A stretch of 29,868 nucleotides of DNA from an uncultured Pirellulales bacterium (GTDB taxonomy: Bacteria > Planctomycetota > Phycisphaerae > Sedimentisphaerales > Anaerobacaceae). Shown here piece by piece: positions 26,997 to 29,868 of this stretch. The DNA is taken from the NCBI GenBank assembly GCA_964623545.1, contig CAZUTR010000002.1, forward strand, positions 1 through 29,868, given 5' to 3'. Each line of letters begins with the position of its first letter. Position 1 is the first letter of the stretch. The notes under the pieces were generated by a model. The model saw only the letters and a program-made list of their open reading frames with translations. It did no database searches and had not been told where the DNA came from. Position numbers and translations under genes: made by a program.

Positions 26997-28475
26997 ATGA
27001 AAAAATCTCTATTTGTACTATTGCTTGTTTCAATGCCGTTTTTATGTTCCGCTTCTGTGTCAACTAATGTTCCGCTTGACCACTGGAGCTATGATGCTGT
27101 TGACAAGCTTATCGGCTTGGGACTTGTCGAAGGTGGTATGTTGAGTACAAAACCGGTTACGCGCCTGGAGATGGCTAGACTTATTGCGGAGGCAATGGAT
27201 AAAGTCCGGGAACGCAATGAAACGAATGAAATAATTTTAGCTGTAATTGATAGATTGAAAAAGGAATTCAACGCAGAGTTAATCAACGCGGGTTTTATGG
27301 ATGGAGCTCCTGCCACGAGTTTTATAAAGCCGATTGAAGACCCATATTTAAGCTTTGTTTATGCAGATAAAGGACCTGAATTGGAAAACCAACGCGGAGA
27401 TATTTTTGATGAGGACTCCAATTTCAGGTCTGGATTTGCTTCACGAGCGAAGTTGTTTGATAACTATGTCTTTTATATTCATCCGGAGTACACCGATACA
27501 CCAACAGACCCGGATAATATTGACTTAGTTGAAGTATACGGCAAGATTAGGATTAGAGAACTGGAAATTGAGGTGGGTCAGGACTCACTCTGGTGGGGGC
27601 CCGGCTATTATGGCGGATTAATTATGACTAACAATGCCGAGCCGTTCAAAATGGTCAAGGTGTCCTGTCCAAATCCAGTAAAACTCCCCTGGTTATTACG
27701 TTACTTAGGCCCTTTTAAGTCAGTCTGGTTTTTGGCAGAACTGGAGGAGGACAGGACTATTCCAGAAGCTAAACTGACCGGCGTAAGATTCAATTTCAAG
27801 CCTCATCCGGCTTGTGAGTTAGGTGTTTCAAGGACCATAATGTTCGGTGGTCGGGGAGGGCCTCACGTTGGTTTTTCGGATTATGTTGATATGTGGCGGC
27901 CACAGGCCGAGCAATTGGAGAATAATCAATTAGCCGGCATCGATGGTTCTCTTCTTATAATGCTCAAAGGCAGAATGCCGGCAAAATCGGTCAAGGTTTA
28001 TACTGAGCTTATCGGAGAAGACGAAGCGCACTATATGCCTGGCAAATGGGGAAGGTTATTCGGTGTGCAGCTCAATGATATCTTCCGAACGGGCAGAACC
28101 GATTTCCGTTTTGAGTATGCAAGCAACCACATTAAGGATTATCCGGATATTTTTTATACCGATAATATTTACAAATCAGGTTACAGATACTATGGAAGAA
28201 TAATCGGCCATCATATGGGTACCGACACCCGTGATATGTTTTTTAGAATTACTCACTATTTGTCGGAGAACCTGATTCTGGGCCTTGAATATGACAACAG
28301 AATAGACGGCCTGTCTGTAAACAGAGGAAGCCAAACCACGGAAAGATATGGTTGTGACCTTACATTTTTCTCATCCAGTAACTGGCAGCTTAAAACCGAA
28401 TATCGTTACCAAGACGCAGAAGGGACAGCAGGAGATAACCATATTTTTCAGCTTAAGCTGGTTTATGATTTTTGA
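26997..28475 (+). CDS. wzi: Capsule assembly protein Wzi family (outer-membrane beta-barrel)
   Basis: Signal peptide; GQDSLWWGPG, NNAEP, ENNQLAGID, IGEDEA, IIGHHMGTD; terminal Phe. Confidence 0.85.
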   Translation: MKKSLFVLLLVSMPFLCSASVSTNVPLDHWSYDAVDKLIGLGLVEGGMLSTKPVTRLEMARLIAEAMDKVRERNETNEIILAVIDRLKKEFNAELINAGFMDGAPATSFIKPIEDPYLSFVYADKGPELENQRGDIFDEDSNFRSGFASRAKLFDNYVFYIHPEYTDTPTDPDNIDLVEVYGKIRIRELEIEVGQDSLWWGPGYYGGLIMTNNAEPFKMVKVSCPNPVKLPWLLRYLGPFKSVWFLAELEEDRTIPEAKLTGVRFNFKPHPACELGVSRTIMFGGRGGPHVGFSDYVDMWRPQAEQLENNQLAGIDGSLLIMLKGRMPAKSVKVYTELIGEDEAHYMPGKWGRLFGVQLNDIFRTGRTDFRFEYASNHIKDYPDIFYTDNIYKSGYRYYGRIIGHHMGTDTRDMFFRITHYLSENLILGLEYDNRIDGLSVNRGSQTTERYGCDLTFFSSSNWQLKTEYRYQDAEGTAGDNHIFQLKLVYDF

Positions 28476-28559
28476 TAGAAAATCGTTATCCCGCAGTAAA
28501 AAATAAACAAAATGCTCTATGCCTTGTTAGATGATGAAGCTATAATAAACGCGGTTTTT

Positions 28560-28597
28560 AAAAAGTAGTGTTTTGTAGATAAGCAATACTACTTTTT
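28560..28597. repeat. Inverted repeat (AAAAAGTAGT...ACTACTTTTT) between wzi and rnhB; possible terminator or operator
   Basis: 10-bp perfect arms (13 bp allowing one G-U) around a 12-nt loop. TATAAT at 28541-28546 just upstream. Confidence 0.5.
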
Positions 28598-28635
28598 ACC
28601 TCTGTGCGTACGTGCATTTTGTTTAGGGGCCAGGG

Positions 28636-29595
28636 ATGGCGGTTTTGGTTGGAATAGATGAGGCGGGTTTTGGCCCGATACTGGGCCCTTTAGTCATTTC
28701 ATCGAGCACCTTTTCAATTCCACATCACCTGTTGGAAACCGACCTTTGGCGTGTTTTATCCAAAAGCCTCGGCGATAAGCGCAGACGGCTCAGAGGCCGA
28801 CTGCTCGTCGCGGATAGTAAAAAGGCATACAGCAGGGCAGCAGGGATAAAACATCTACAGCGCACGGTGCTGGCATGCCTTTCATCTCTCGGAAAACAGC
28901 CGGCTACGTTGACCGAGCTTATGTCGATGCTATGCCCCGGCTCTCTCGAACGGTTAACTGATTATCCCTGGTATAAACAGGTGCAAAGCAGTTATCTTTC
29001 AGCCGACGAAGCCGATGTGGGAATTGCCTCGGCGGTGTTGAAGGAGGATATGGCCTTAAATGACATTAAATTGCTGGCTCTTGGTAGCCGCTGCCTGGAT
29101 GTCGGCTTCTATAACAGGATGGTTCAGAATGTGAAAAACAAGGCGAGCGTTTTATTTACCGCCACCTGCGAACTTATAAGCAATGCCTTTGATGATTTTG
29201 GGAATGATGATTTGCAGATTATCGTTGACCGGCAGGGCGGCAGGGTCCGCTACAGGGCCTGTCTGCAAAGGATGTTTTCCGGTATGGACCTAAAAATTAT
29301 CTGTGAAAATGCCCGAATTAGCAGTTACCAGTTGCAGGCCGATGGCAAATGTATGCGTTTGCATTTTGTAGTCGGTGCCGATGAAAGGTTTCTACCCGTA
29401 TCGCTGGCTTCGATGGTGAGTAAGTACCTTAGGGAGCTGCTGGTTGGTAACATTAACAGCTATTTTGCTTCCTTTTATTCTGATTTGAAGCCGACCGCGG
29501 GATACTGGAAGGACGGCCTGCGTTTTATCCAGGAGGTTAAAAAGAACATCCCTTCCCTTCAATTCGATGACAATCAGCTCATCCGCAGCAGATGA
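28636..29595 (+). CDS. rnhB: Ribonuclease HII family protein, long atypical form
   Basis: VGIDEAGFGPILGPLV, ADSKK, IIVDRQGG, GADERFLPVSLASMVSK. All four acidic catalytic positions are recognisable. Confidence 0.75.
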   Translation: MAVLVGIDEAGFGPILGPLVISSSTFSIPHHLLETDLWRVLSKSLGDKRRRLRGRLLVADSKKAYSRAAGIKHLQRTVLACLSSLGKQPATLTELMSMLCPGSLERLTDYPWYKQVQSSYLSADEADVGIASAVLKEDMALNDIKLLALGSRCLDVGFYNRMVQNVKNKASVLFTATCELISNAFDDFGNDDLQIIVDRQGGRVRYRACLQRMFSGMDLKIICENARISSYQLQADGKCMRLHFVVGADERFLPVSLASMVSKYLRELLVGNINSYFASFYSDLKPTAGYWKDGLRFIQEVKKNIPSLQFDDNQLIRSR

Positions 29596-29867
29596 TTTTG
29601 CAGCTTTTTTGTTCTCCTTAATATAAATCCCCCCAAACCCAACAGTAGAACTGTTGTTGGCTCAGGAACAACCTCGAATGTCATAGAATATGTATCATTA
29701 TAAATAGGTGTAGTCTCCACGAATGTTTGAACGGTAAGATAGTACATTCCCGCCGGTAGTATTCCAATATCTTCAGAATGTGACCATGGGGTCATTACAT
29801 CCATAAAGCCCACAGCGATAGATATATCAAGTTCCAGAAGGGTTCCATCATGACGAAAATCAGTATC
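29574..29867 (-). CDS. PEP-CTERM sorting-domain protein, C-terminal part; 5' end lies outside the window
   Basis: Frame is open from the window end. Ends VPEPTTVLLLGLGGFILRRTKK (PEP + TM + basic tail). Overlaps the rnhB 3' end by 22 nt. Confidence 0.88.
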   Translation of the reverse strand, partial: DTDFRHDGTLLELDISIAVGFMDVMTPWSHSEDIGILPAGMYYLTVQTFVETTPIYNDTYSMTFEVVPEPTTVLLLGLGGFILRRTKKLQNHLLRMS

Positions 29868-29868
29868 T

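Overview
Most of the window (1-28475) is one + strand surface-polysaccharide locus of the Wzx/Wzy type. Gene order: SLBB/OPX export protein (partial), Wzz-type co-polymerase, a CDP-sugar cassette (rfbF, rfbG, sugar 3-C-methyltransferase, RfbC-type epimerase, N-formyltransferase, CmcI-family protein, DegT aminotransferase), a decayed IS630 3' end running into wzx, GT2, FkbM methyltransferase, a probable GT4 3' remnant, wzy, GT2, methyltransferase, GT4, a nucleotidyltransferase-fold/TMPK-like kinase fusion, GT4, GT9 with a Cys-rich N-terminus, GT4-like, SDR epimerase, WcaE-like GT2, gmd, fcl, a second SDR and wzi. An atypical RNase HII gene and the 3' end of a convergent PEP-CTERM gene follow; these suggest a Planctomycetota (Phycisphaerae-like) host, by inference only. 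The three most interesting signals are: (1) a predicted pathway to a CDP-linked 3-C-methyl-4-formamido-4,6-dideoxyhexose (N-formylkansosamine-like); (2) the NTase-kinase fusion embedded among GT4/GT9 genes; (3) a wzx whose only nearby start codons lie in IS630-derived sequence. All family calls come from motif recognition; no database searches were run.
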